A stretch of 64,000 nucleotides of DNA, taken from the NCBI RefSeq assembly GCF_009914755.1, contig NC_060930.1, one strand, 5' to 3'. Made by a program: the position numbers and the translations under genes. Below, in pieces: positions 13,501-29,438 of this stretch; within the stretch, counting starts at the first letter, position 1, and the number at the start of each line of letters is the position of its first letter. The stretch is from the human T2T-CHM13v2.0 reference genome, Homo sapiens. The notes under the pieces are model-generated. The model had not been told where the DNA came from. It worked only from the letters and a program-made list of their open reading frames with translations, and did not search any database.

Positions 13501-14163
13501 CAAATGGAAACTGCATACAGCTTATCACCTACAGGGTTCTGGAAGAGTTGAAAGAATGAACTGGACACTCAAACAGCTGTTAAAGAAGTTTTGTCAAGAA
13601 ACTCATCTAAGGTGAGATCAGGTGCTGCCCGTGGTCCTTCTCCATGTCAGGTGCACCCCTACTAAATTAACCGGGTATTCACCCTGTGAGATAGTGTTCG
13701 GCTGACCACCCTCAATCATAATTCAGATAAAAGGGGATTTAAAATAAATTGGGGAATTAACCTTAAGAAGGCAAATGCAAGCCTTAAGTGAGACCATGTA
13801 GTAAATACAAGGGTGGGTAAGGAAAAGAATACCTGTTAGTCTCACAGATGCAGTATATCCCTTCCAACCTGGAGACTCTGTCTGGGTCAAATGATGGAAC
13901 CCAACCACCTTAGGGCCTTTATCGGATGGTCCCCATATTGTGATCTTGTCTACCTCACTGCTGTTGAAGTTGCAGGTATCACACCTTGGGTTCATCATAG
14001 CCAGCTAAAACCAGCAGTGACCACAACTCAGGACCAGTGGACCAGTCAATAAAACCCAGACCACCTGACACGGCTGATCCTGTGGTGAGACCAAGCCACT
14101 ACTGACAAGGGCAACTGCCCTGCTCCATCCACACTGGAGGCTGGTCGGTCCACGCACAGCTGA
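10522..14163 (+). pseudogene. pol: ERV pro-pol (protease, RT, RNase H, integrase; disrupted)
   Basis: Protease MVDTGVEHSV; RT LHQGLKNSPTIF and LQYIDDLLLA; RNase H SAQRAELIAL and IYTDSRY; integrase H..H..CEQCLTC and FSGWVEAFPT. Split over many ORF fragments; 3' end approximate. Confidence 0.92.
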
Positions 14164-14261
14164 AGCTTAAGGAAACATCAAGCCCTGCTCTAGTCACACA
14201 ACTGGAAGCTGACTAGTCTACACATGGCCGAAGCCTAAGGAAATCAATGATAGATAAGTAA

Positions 14262-14381
14262 ATGTGGATTGAATTTACAAGCATAGTTATACTCTTACTT
14301 GTACTGATTATTTTACTGTCATGTTGTCTTTGCAAATGTTGCCAAGCTTGTTGCCCAGAAGGGTGCTTATGCATAGTATGA
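14262..14381 (+). CDS. candidate 39-aa accessory micro-ORF (single TM helix plus Cys-rich tail) upstream of env
   Basis: Manual translation gives MWIEFTSIVILLLVLIILLSCCLCKCCQACCPEGCLCIV*. The stop overlaps the env ATG (ATGA, 14378-14381). Below the ORF-track size cut-off; translation not demonstrated. Confidence 0.4.
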   Translation: MWIEFTSIVILLLVLIILLSCCLCKCCQACCPEGCLCIV

Positions 14382-16567
14382 GTTTAATCATATTAGTAAT
14401 ACTAAAGCCATTTATACTTTCACCTATGGTTATAAAAGGGGACTAGGATGACTGTCATCACTGTATAGTAGAAGCCTGGTCCAGAAAAGGTGTGACTAAA
14501 ACTCTGTTATACCAGACCTACTATGAGTATACAGAGACTCATACAGGAACTTGTGTCTATAACCAGACTAGTTACTCAGTCTGTGATCCTGGAAACAGGC
14601 AGCCCAAGAATGTTATGACCAGAGTTCTTGCCTTATGACTTCTGGTTTGAAGTCCAAATTGGTGAACCCCTAATGCTATCATATACAAACCCCACAGAAA
14701 CTGGGGTCGGCAAACTTGTAAACAAAATGGAAGTATTCCCTTACTCAAATAAAGGGCCTATCTCCATATATTTTGATTGCTGCCAAGCTGCACATCCCAG
14801 TAAACTAAATAATATTGGGACCATCTGTAAAACTCTAGGACAAGAAAAAGTCAGCAGCAGAGCCACCAAGGCCGTAATAGAAGAGTCCAAAAAAGAGTGC
14901 CCTGATTGTTAAAATCAGTGGACCATGATGAATTTAATCAGCAACTATACACAGGAAGGGTTGCTCTGTTTGCCAGCCAAGAAGTGAAGATAGGGTGCAC
15001 AACTGGAACATGCAACCCACTCAATCTGACAGTACTAAAGCCAAATATGCCTTTCTGGACTAAAATGGATAAGGGCTACTAACCTTTGATCAGGTAGGAG
15101 CTCTCCTAGGACTTGGTATTCCTCTGGTCATCACGAAGAAAACCCAAAGGACCCAAGTTTAAGTTACCCCAATGCAACAGTTTAGGTTTTATAAATCTTT
15201 CAAGGAACACTTTAATCCTGAAGTATCAAAAATTCAAATTCCTCCTATATCAGTTGAAAATGTGTTTACCCAGCTAGCCAAAAGTATTGCTAACAATTTC
15301 GGAGTTACTTCATGTTATGTATGTGGAGGTACTAATCTGGGAGGTCAATGGCCCTGGGAAGCCAAAGAATTGATGCCGCAAGACAATTTTACCTTGCCCG
15401 AATTTGCTACAAAATTCAGTGCAAATCCAAGTGTTTAGCTATTAAGGAACCCCATCATCGGAAAATACTGTATCGCCTGACAAGGCCTTTCAGAACCAGG
15501 TAGGGGAAACAACTTGCCTAGGTCAACAATATTTTGAAGAATCCAAGAACATAACACAATGAAGAAGCTTTATAGACAATTCCTCTGTGTCAGACTGTAA
15601 TCCTTTTTTGCTGTTCCCAACATTAAATCAATCATAGTACCAATTAGATGCTCCAACTGTTTGGAGAGCACCTGCAGGGTTATATTGGATCTGTGGAACA
15701 AAGGCTTATCAATTACTACCTGATAAATGGACAGGGGCATGTGTATTAGGAAAAATAAGGCCATCCTTTTTCCTACTCCCACTGCAGCAAGGGGAAGATC
15801 TAAGCTATCCGGGCTATGATGAAGGTGGAAAAAGAATCAGAAGAAATGTGTTTACAAAAATAAGTACTGTGGAAAAAATAAATACTAACATTAAAAAGGA
15901 CATTGAAATAGGGAGCTGGAAAGATAATGAATGGCCCCCTGAAAGAATTATCAAATACTATGGACTGGCCAGCTGGGCACAAGATGGGTCATGAGGATGC
16001 TGTACTCTTATTTATATGTTAAACCACATCATAAGGTTGCAAGCAGTTCTGGAGATTATAGTCAGTGAAACAGCCCGAGCCTTAGACTTGCTAGCCATAC
16101 AGGCAACCCAGAGGAGAGATGTTATTTATCAGAACAGGTTAGCACTGGATTATCTTTTAGCTTCAGAAGGAAGAGTTTGTGGAAAACTTAATTCAATGAA
16201 TTGCTGCTTACAAATTGATGACAATGGAAAAGCTGTCATGGAAATCACTGCCAGGAAGCAGAAGTTAGCTCATGTTCCAGTCCAGATGTGGTCTGGCTGG
16301 AACCCAAGTTCACTCTTTGGAGGATGGTTTTCATGGTTTGGAGGCTTTAAAACTTTAATAATAGGCTTTGTGGCCATAATAGGTGTATGCCTAATGGTTC
16401 CCTGTCTCCTGCCACTTCTCATCAGAAGCATCTAATCCACCATAGAAGCAATAGTAGACAGACATATCACCACCCGAATAATGGTTCCGCAAAAGTACCA
16501 ACTGGTATCCCAAGATGAGTATGTACCCACTCAAGAAGAAATAGCTAACTGTAGTGCTCTTTACTAA
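14378..16567 (+). pseudogene. env: ERV env, ERV3-like (disrupted)
   Basis: Signal peptide MSLIILVIL..., CHHC (CxxC), furin-like KRIRR near 15830, [20 protein letters not shown]7CC motif ([10 protein letters not shown]), TM anchor [22 protein letters not shown]. Several stops and frameshifts. Confidence 0.92.
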
Positions 16568-16587
16568 TCTACATTTGTGTCGAGCAC

Positions 16588-16598
16588 AAAGGGGGGAA
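16588..16598 (+). promoter_or_regulatory. polypurine tract
   Basis: AAAGGGGGGAA immediately before the 3' LTR. Confidence 0.85.
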
Positions 16599-17118
16599 TA
16601 AAGAAGGAATTAATGAAATCAACTATAACCTACTAGTAGTAGTAACAGAAATTTTAAAATCCTCATAAAGTTGCTGCAAAGTGTGACTCCCCCCGCCCCC
16701 CCTCCCGACTTACACTCAAGTTAAAAGAGAATATTAACAGCCTATCTTCTCTCTGCGGTCAGTAGACCTTATCTATACTCCCCAACTCCACATTCCTCAA
16801 AGTTTATTACAGGCCCAGCGAGTTTCTGCTTACCTCCCTAGCGTGCCTGCAGGGTCACAAGACTGAAAAGTTTTGGTTGCAAGACATATTTCTCTCAAGA
16901 TGTAAAGAAATGTTGTAATGCTGCCTTTGTTTCTTGCTTCTGTAACTCGCTTCCTGTCTCACGTAGTTCCCACCTTAAGATGTTTAAAAGTAGGAAAAGC
17001 CCTTTGTTTGGGGCTCAGACTTTCTGGACGTATGTCCGGCTGAGCCAGTTATCACTTCAATTTAATAAATTCTCCCGAACCTTTTTCAGTCTCTCCAGTC
17101 TTTGATTGTCCCGCAACA
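16599..17118 (+). repeat. ERV 3' LTR (AATAAA at 17064-17069)
   Basis: Direct repeat of 7549-8060. First TG mutated to TA; ends CA followed by the TSD ATCA. Confidence 0.95.
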
Positions 17119-20100
17119 ATCAGGTTATCCAAAGTTAAGACAAAGGAAAGAATCTTAAGAGCTGTGAGACAAAAGCACCAGGTGACCTATAAAGGAAAAC
17201 CTATCAGATTAACAGCAGATTTCTCAGCAGAAACTCTACAACCTAGAGTAGATTGAGGCCCTATCTTCAGTTTCCTCAAACAAAATGATTATCAGCCAAT
17301 AATTTTTGTATCCAGCAAAACTAAGTATCATGTATGAAGAAACAATACAGTATTTTTCAGACAAACAAATGAGGAGACAATTCATCACTACCAAGCCACC
17401 ACTACAAGAACTGCTAAAATGAGCTCTATGTCTTGAAACAAATCCTGGAAACACATCAAAATAGAAATTCTTTAAAGCATAAATCACACATGACGTATAA
17501 AATGAGAATACAAGTGAAACAGAAAAAAAATAGGTACACAGGCAACAAATAGCAGGATGAATGCAAAGGTACCTCACATCTCAATACTAACATTGAATGT
17601 AAATGGCCTAAATGTTCCACTTAAAAGATGCAGAACTGCAGAAGGGATAGAACTCACCAAACAACTACCTGCTGCCTTCAGGAGACTCACCTAACACAAA
17701 AGGACTCACATAAACTTAAAGGTGTAGGAAAAGGAATTTCATGCAAATAGATGCCAAAAGCCAGCAGAGTAGCTATTCTTATAACAGAGAAAACAAACTT
17801 CAAAGAAACAGCAGTTAAAAGACACAAAGAGGGACATTATATAAAGGGCCTTGTCCAACAGGAAAATGTCACAATCCTTAACATACATGCACCGAACACT
17901 GGAGCTCCCAAATTTATAAAACAATTACTAATAGGTCTAAGAAAAGAGATAGACAGCAACACAATAATTGTGGGGGACTTAAATACTCCACTGACAGCCC
18001 TAGACAGGTCATCAAGACAGAAAGTCAACAAAGAAACAATGGATTTAAATTATACCTTAGAACAAATGGACTTAATAGATATATACAGAACATTTTATTC
18101 AACAAGCGCAGAATACACATTCTATTCAACAGCGCATGGAACTTTCTCCAAGGTAGACCATATGATAGGTCATAAAATGAGCCTCAACAAATTTAAGAAA
18201 ATTGAAATTATATGAAGCACTCTCTCAGATCACAGTGGAATAAAACTGGAAATGAACTCTGAAAGGAACTTTTGAAACTATGCAAATACATGGAAATTAA
18301 ATAACCTGCTTCTGAATGAACACTGGGTCAAAAACGAAGACAAGATGGAAATTTAAAAATTCTTCAAACTGAACGACAATGACGACACAACCTACCAAAA
18401 CCTCTGCAATACAGCAAAGGCAGTGCTAAGAGGAAAGTTCATAGCCCTAAACACCTACATCAAAAAGGCTGAAAGAGCACAAACTGACATTCTAAGGTCA
18501 CACCTCAAGGAACTAAAGAAACAAGAACAAACCAAATCCAAAGCCAGCAGAAGAAAGGATGTAACAAAGATCAGGGCAGAACTAAATGAAATTGAAACAA
18601 CAACAACAAAAATACAAAAGATAAATGAAACAAAAAGCTGGTTCTTTGAAAAGATAAATACAATTAATAGACCATTAGCAAGATTAACCAAGAAAAGTAG
18701 AGAGAAACTTCAAATAACCTCATTAAGAAAAGAAATGGGAGATACTACAACAGACACCACTGAAATACAAAAGATCATTCAAGGCTACTATGAACACCTT
18801 TATGCACATAAACTAGAAAACCTAGAAGAGATGGATAAATTCCTGGAAAAATACAATGCTCCTAGCTTAAATCAGGAAGAATTACATACCCTGAACAGAC
18901 CAATAAGAAACAGTGAGATTGAGGTGGTAATTAAAAAATTACCAACAAAAAAATTCCAGGACAAGATGGATTCAGAGCAGAATCCTACCAGATATTCAAA
19001 GAAGCATTGGTAACAATCCTTTTAACATTATTCCACAAGATAGAGAAAGAGGGAACCCTCCCTAATTCATTCCATGAAGCCAGCATCATCTTAATCCCAA
19101 AACCAGGAAAGGACATAACCAAAAAAGAAAACTACAGACCAATATCCCTGACGAATACAGATACTAAAATCCTTAACAAAATACTAGCCAACTGAATCCA
19201 ACATCATATCAAAAAGATAATCCACCATGATCAAGTGGGTTTCATACCAGGGATGCAGGGGTGGTTTAACATACACAAGTCAATAAATGTGATACACCAT
19301 ATACATGGAATTAAAAAGAAACATCACATGATCATCTCAATAGATGCAGAGAAAGTATTTGGCAAAATTCAGTATTGCTTTATGATTAAAACTATCAGCA
19401 AAATCAGCATACAAGGGACACACCTTAGTGTAATAAAAGCCATTTATGACAAACCCACAGTCAACATAATACTGGATGGGGAAAAGTTGAAAACATTCTC
19501 TCTGAGAACTGGAACAAGACAAGGATACCCACTCTCACCTCTCCTCTTCAACATAGTACTGAAAGTTTTAGGCAGAGCAGTCAGACAAGAGAAGGAAATA
19601 AAGGGCATCCAAATAGGTAAAGAGGAAGTCAAACTGTCACTGTTTGCTGACAATATGATTGTTTACCTCGAAAACCCTAAAGACTCCTCCAGAAAGCTCC
19701 TAGAACTGATGAAGAATTCAGCAAAGTTTCTGGATACAAGATTAGTTTACACAAATCAGTAGCTCTGTTGTACACCAACAGCGACCAAGCAAAGAATCAA
19801 ATCAAGAAGTCTACCCCTTTTACAACAGCTGCAGAAAGAAAAAAAAAACTTAGGAATATACCTAACCAAGGAGGTGAAAAACCTCCACAAGGAAAACTAC
19901 AAAACACTACTGAAAGAAATCGTAGACAACACAAACAAATGGAAATGCATCCTAAGCTCATGGATGGGTAGAGTAGAATCAATATTTGGAAAATGACCAT
20001 ACTGCTAAAGGCAATCTACAAATTCAATGCAATCCCCATCAAAATACCACCATCACTTAACATAATTTGAAAAAACAATTCTAAAATTCATATGGAACCA

Positions 20101-21505
20101 AAAAAGAGCCCACATAGCCAAAGCAAGACTGAGGAAAAATAACAACTCTGGAAGCATCATGCTACCTGATTTCAAACTATACTATAAGGCCATACTCACT
20201 GAAACAGCATGGTACTAGTATCAACATAGGCACATAGACCAATGGAACAGAATAGACAACCCAGAAATAAACTCAAATACTTACAGCCAACTGATCTTCA
20301 ACAAAGCAAACAAAAACATAAAGCAGGGAAAGGACACCCTTTTTAACAAATGGTGCTGAGATAATTGGCTAGCCACATATAGGAGAATGAAACTGGATCC
20401 TCATCTCCCACATTATACAAAAATCAGCTCAAGATGGATTAAGGACTTAAATCTAAGACCTGAAACTATAAAAATTCTAGAAGATAACATTGGAAAAACC
20501 CTTCTAGACATTGGCTTAGGCAAGAATTTCATGACCAAGTACCCAAAAGCAAATGCAATAAAAACAAAGATAAATAATTGGGACTTAATTAAACTAAAGA
20601 GCTTTTGCAAGAGGAACAGTCAGCAGAGTAAACAGACAACCCACAGAGTGGGAGAAAATCTTCACAATGTATATATCTGACAAAGGACTAATATCCAGAA
20701 TCTACAATGAACTCAAACATATCAGTAAGAAAAAAAAAGCAATCCCATCAAAAGTGGGTTAAGGACATAAATAGACAATTCTCAAAATAAGATATATAAA
20801 TGGCCAACAAACATGAAAAAATGCTCAACATCACTAATGATCAGGGTAATGCAAATTAAAACCACACTGTGTTATCACCTTACTCCTGCAAGTATGGTCA
20901 TAATAAAAAAATTCAAAAAACAGTGGATGTTGGAGTGATGTGATGATCAGGGAACACTTCTACACACTGCTGGTGGGAATGTAAACTAGTACAGCCACTG
21001 TGGAAAACAGTGTGGAGATTCTTTAAAGAACGAAAAGTAGAACTACCATTTGATCCAGCAATCCCACTACTGGGTATCTGCCCAGAGGAAAAGAAGTCAT
21101 TATACAAAAGATATACTTGCACACGCGTGTTTACTGCAGCACAATTGGATGGAATACTACTCAGCCATAAAAAGGAATGAATTATGGCATTTGCAGCGAC
21201 CTGGATGAGATTGGAGACTATTATTTTAAGTGAAGTAACTCAGGAATGGAAAACCAAACATATGTTCTCACTGATAAGTGGGAGCTAAACTGTGAGGACA
21301 CAAAGGCATAGGAATGATACAGTGGACTTTGGGGACCTGGCGAGAAGGGAAGGAGGTGGGCAAGGAATACACGACTACAAGTTGGATTCAGTGAATACTT
21401 CTCGGGTTGTAGGTCCACCAAAATCTCACAAATCACCACTAAAGAACTTACTCATCTCATCAAATATCACTTGTACCCCAATAATCTATGAAAAAAATGT
21501 TTAAA
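17119..21505 (+). mobile_element. L1PB-like LINE-1, rest of ORF1, ORF2 (disrupted) and 3'UTR
   Basis: Resumes ORF1 exactly after the TSD. ORF2 fragments include EN (NIHAPNTGAP, GDLNTPL) and RT ([19 protein letters not shown]). L1PB-type 3'UTR (AATCACCACTAAAGAACTTACTCAT). Confidence 0.92.
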
Positions 21506-21660
21506 TTAGCATACAAATAAAAACGTATGCACATTTAACAATTTAAATAGGTTTTGCCTATTTTTCAGCCCTGTAGAAGTATATGAAAGAGCCCTATCCT
21601 CTGAAAGTTTAGAAGTAAAAAAGTGTGTGTGTGTAAAAAAAAAAAGAAAGAAAGAAAAAG

Positions 21661-23135
21661 AGTATTCTAAAATTCATACAGAATCAAAAAAGAAGCCAAA
21701 TAGCCAAATCAATTCTAAGCAAAAAAATGAAGCCAGAGGCATCACACTACCTGACTTCAAACTGTATTGTGAGGCTATAGTAAACAAAATAGCATGACAC
21801 TAGTACAAAAACAGACACAAAGACCAATGGAAAAGAATAGAAAACTCATGAATAAAGCTTCACACCTACAACCAACTGATTTTTAACAAGACCAACAAAA
21901 ATGAGCAATGGAGAAAGATGTCCATATTCAATAAATGGTGCTGGGATAACTGGCTAGCCATGTGCAGAAGAATGGAACTGGACCCTTACCTTTCACTGTA
22001 TACAACAATTAAGTCAAAATGGATTAAAGATTTAAATATAAGACCTGAAACTACAAGAATCCTAGAAGAAAACCGTAAATATCCTTCTGGACATCAACCT
22101 TGGCAAAGAATTTATGGCCAAGTCCCCAAAAGCAATTGCAACAAAACCAAAAACTGATAAGTGAGGCCTAATTATACTAAAGAGCTTCTGCATGACAAAC
22201 AAAATGATAAACAAAGTAAATAGCCTACAGAATGGGAGAAAATATTTACAAACTATACATCTGACAATGGTCTAATATCCAGAATCTATCAATAACTTAA
22301 AGAAATCAACAAGCAATAATCAAATAACACCATTAAAATGTGGGCAAAAGACATAAACAGACACTTCTCAAAAGAAGACATAAATGGCCAACAAACATCT
22401 GAAAAAATGCTCATTGTCACTAATCATCAGAGAAACGCAAATCCAAACCACAACGAGATACCAGCTCACACCATTCAGAATGCCAATTATAAAAAATCGA
22501 AAACAACACATGCTGGCAAGACTGCAGAGAAAAGGGAATGCTTATAAACTGTTGGTGGGAATGGTTCAACCACCCCACCCCAAAGAAGTTTGGAGATTTC
22601 TCAGAGAACTTAGAGCTACCATTCAACCCAGCAATCCCATTACTGGCCATATATCCAAAGGAATATAGTCATTATACCAAAAAGACACATTGAATCATAT
22701 GTTCATTGTCACAATAGCAAAGACATTAAATCAATATGAGTGCCCATTAATGGTGGATTGGATAAATAAAATGCTGTACATATAGACCATGGAATATTAC
22801 ATGGCCGTAAAAAAGAATGAAATCATGTCCTTTGCAGCAGCATGGATATGGCTGGAGGCCATAAGCCTAAATGAATTAATGCTAGAACCCAAAGCCAAAT
22901 ACTCATGTTCTCACTTATAAGTGGGAGGTAAGTATTGAGCAACCATGGACATAAATATGAGAACAACAGGCGCTATGGACTACTAGAGGGAGGAGGATGA
23001 GAGGAGTACATGGGTGGAAAAACTACCCATTGGGTACTATGCTCACTAGCTGGCTCCCCTACACCCATGTAACAATCCTAATTCTCACATTTACCCCCTC
23101 TTTATTGTAACTAAAAGCTGAAATTTTTTAAAAAA
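21661..23135 (+). mobile_element. host L1 (L1PA15-17-like), 3' part of ORF2 and 3'UTR
   Basis: Continues from 6555 (TATTCTAAAATTCATA...). ORF2 C-terminal fragments ([20 protein letters not shown]), then 3'UTR and short A tail. Confidence 0.85.
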
Positions 23136-23288
23136 TGACTGCATGTCATCCCAACTACTCCCACTATCCAATCCTACTTCCTTCCTTTCCTTTATCTTTC
23201 ATAGATGGTGTTTCCAAAGCATTCTCTAACCACTTGCCCATTAATCTCTATGTCAGTGTCTCCTTTCCATAGAACTCAATCTGCAACA
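23136..23288 (+). mobile_element. LTR16-like solo LTR, 3' part
   Basis: Ends ...TCAGTGTCTCCTTTCCATAGAACTCAATCTGCAACA, resembling the LTR16 terminus. Confidence 0.55.
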
Positions 23289-23734
23289 GAATGGTCACCA
23301 TGATACACTCATAACTAAGAAAAGCAAAATGAATAAAAGAATACCGAATGTGATATTATTTAATAATGGAGGAACATATGTGCTTGCATGTGTTTTTGAT
23401 ATTTAACAACAAATAAGTAAACCATAAAATATGGTTACTTATAAGAGGAGGAGGGAAATGGGTGGAGGTCACAATAGAAACTAGATTTCTTAAAACAGAT
23501 CTTTAGATATGGATTTGCATTTAAAACCATGTAAAAATATTGTATATAGTATAATTATAGCATAGTTATAGAATGAAATAAAATTTAAAATGTAAAAATC
23601 AGAAGTAAAATAAATGATCCTGTGTCATTCATTGGTGGTACAAAAACGCATAAAATGTCTATTCCAATGTTTTAAAAATATAGTAATTTGGGCACACATC
23701 TCTAGTGGGTTCTTAAGGACAGAAAGAACCACCC

Positions 23735-28180
<4,446 letters not shown>

Positions 28181-29048
28181 ATTTTCAGTCAATAGATGTG
28201 GGTAGTAATGATGCAGTTACTCTAGTGGAGACTTCCGTTGATTGTAAGAAACATGAAATATGTAATTATAATATTGTCATTGGCATATTTGGAAGGAAAT
28301 TAATGAAAAAACCTACACTTCTAAATTTTGATTATATGTATCACTATAAGCTCTTGATGTATTTTATTATAAAACCAACAAAAACTTTTCTAGCTTTGAC
28401 TACTAAAAATGCTTAAAATAATGACAATGCAGTAGCAAGAAGCAGATCTAGATTCCATTTATAATCTTTAAAAACTACTTCACATCACATTCTTGGAGAA
28501 ATATCTAATCATTCATGTGGGGACAAAAAAGAAACTGGAAACTCTACAGTATGAAGGCACTAGTTTCTTCAAAAAAATTTTTGCTCAAATAATAAAACAG
28601 AGGAAGAACCTATAGATCAAATGATATTTCAGAAGTATATTAATTAATTACAATATATCTACCTGATTTGGTTTAATTTATTTGGTTTGATTTAAACAAA
28701 CTCTTTTAAAAACAAGGTTATGACAGCCAAAATTGTGAAACTAACTAGATATATGATATTAAGAAATTATTATTAATCCTTAGGCTAATGCAATTGAGGT
28801 TATACATTTTGAGGACTTCTTAGCTTATAGAAATGTGTATAGAATATTTACAGATAAAATGTTCTGATCTTTGAGGTATGTTTCCAAAAATCTGAAGATG
28901 AAGGGTGTAGTATACATATGATGTATTAGATGAAATAAATTTGGCTGCATTTTTATATTTGTTGAAGCTGGCAGATGGCTATAGTGGGTTTGTCATACTA
29001 CTCTATCTACTTATGCATATGTTTGAAGATACGCAAAGAAAAAAAAAA
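28181..29048 (+). mobile_element. old L1MC/ME-type 3' end (continuation of about 5100-5250 and 23290-23734)
   Basis: AT-rich decayed L1M 3'UTR motifs (TATATGATATTAAGAAATTATT, GTTGAAGCTGGCAGATGG...CATACTACTCTATCTACTT). Confidence 0.55.
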
Positions 29049-29383
29049 CTCTTACTATAGGCACTCCAACATGATTTCCACTGGTGTTTACTTTGCTTCT
29101 TTCTTGGCATCATGACATCCCAAGCAGTTCTCCAGCTCCAGCACATTGGTTTAAAATGCCCTAGTTTTTCAAAATCTCCATTTCTCCTTATATTTTAAAT
29201 GTGTTTATTTGTCTTTTCCTTATCTACCCCTTTCCTAATACCTGGAAACTCACTCAACTGTGTCGTGCTATCTTCTTTATAGCACTTCTCCTTCACTCTC
29301 ACCTTGTAAACTTTCGGCCTCAACACAAAAAAATTCACCTTATTTCTGGGTAGAATTTTACTCTCAACCTCTACTCACTGATG

Positions 29384-29438
29384 AAGATACACATTTTTGT
29401 ATTAAAGATAAAGATACACATTTTTGTATTAAAGATAA
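29384..29438. repeat. 27-bp tandem duplication
   Basis: AAGATACACATTTTTGTATTAAAGATA present twice. Confidence 0.9.

Larger units (their letters stand above)
7549..17118 (+). mobile_element. full-length defective class I (gammaretrovirus-like) endogenous retrovirus, HERV1/HERV3 (ERV3-related) group
   Basis: LTR-PBS-gag-pro-pol-env-PPT-LTR order. Exact 4-bp TSD ATCA (7545-7548 and 17119-17122). Env resembles ERV3 env (CYVCGG...[28 protein letters not shown]). Confidence 0.95.
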
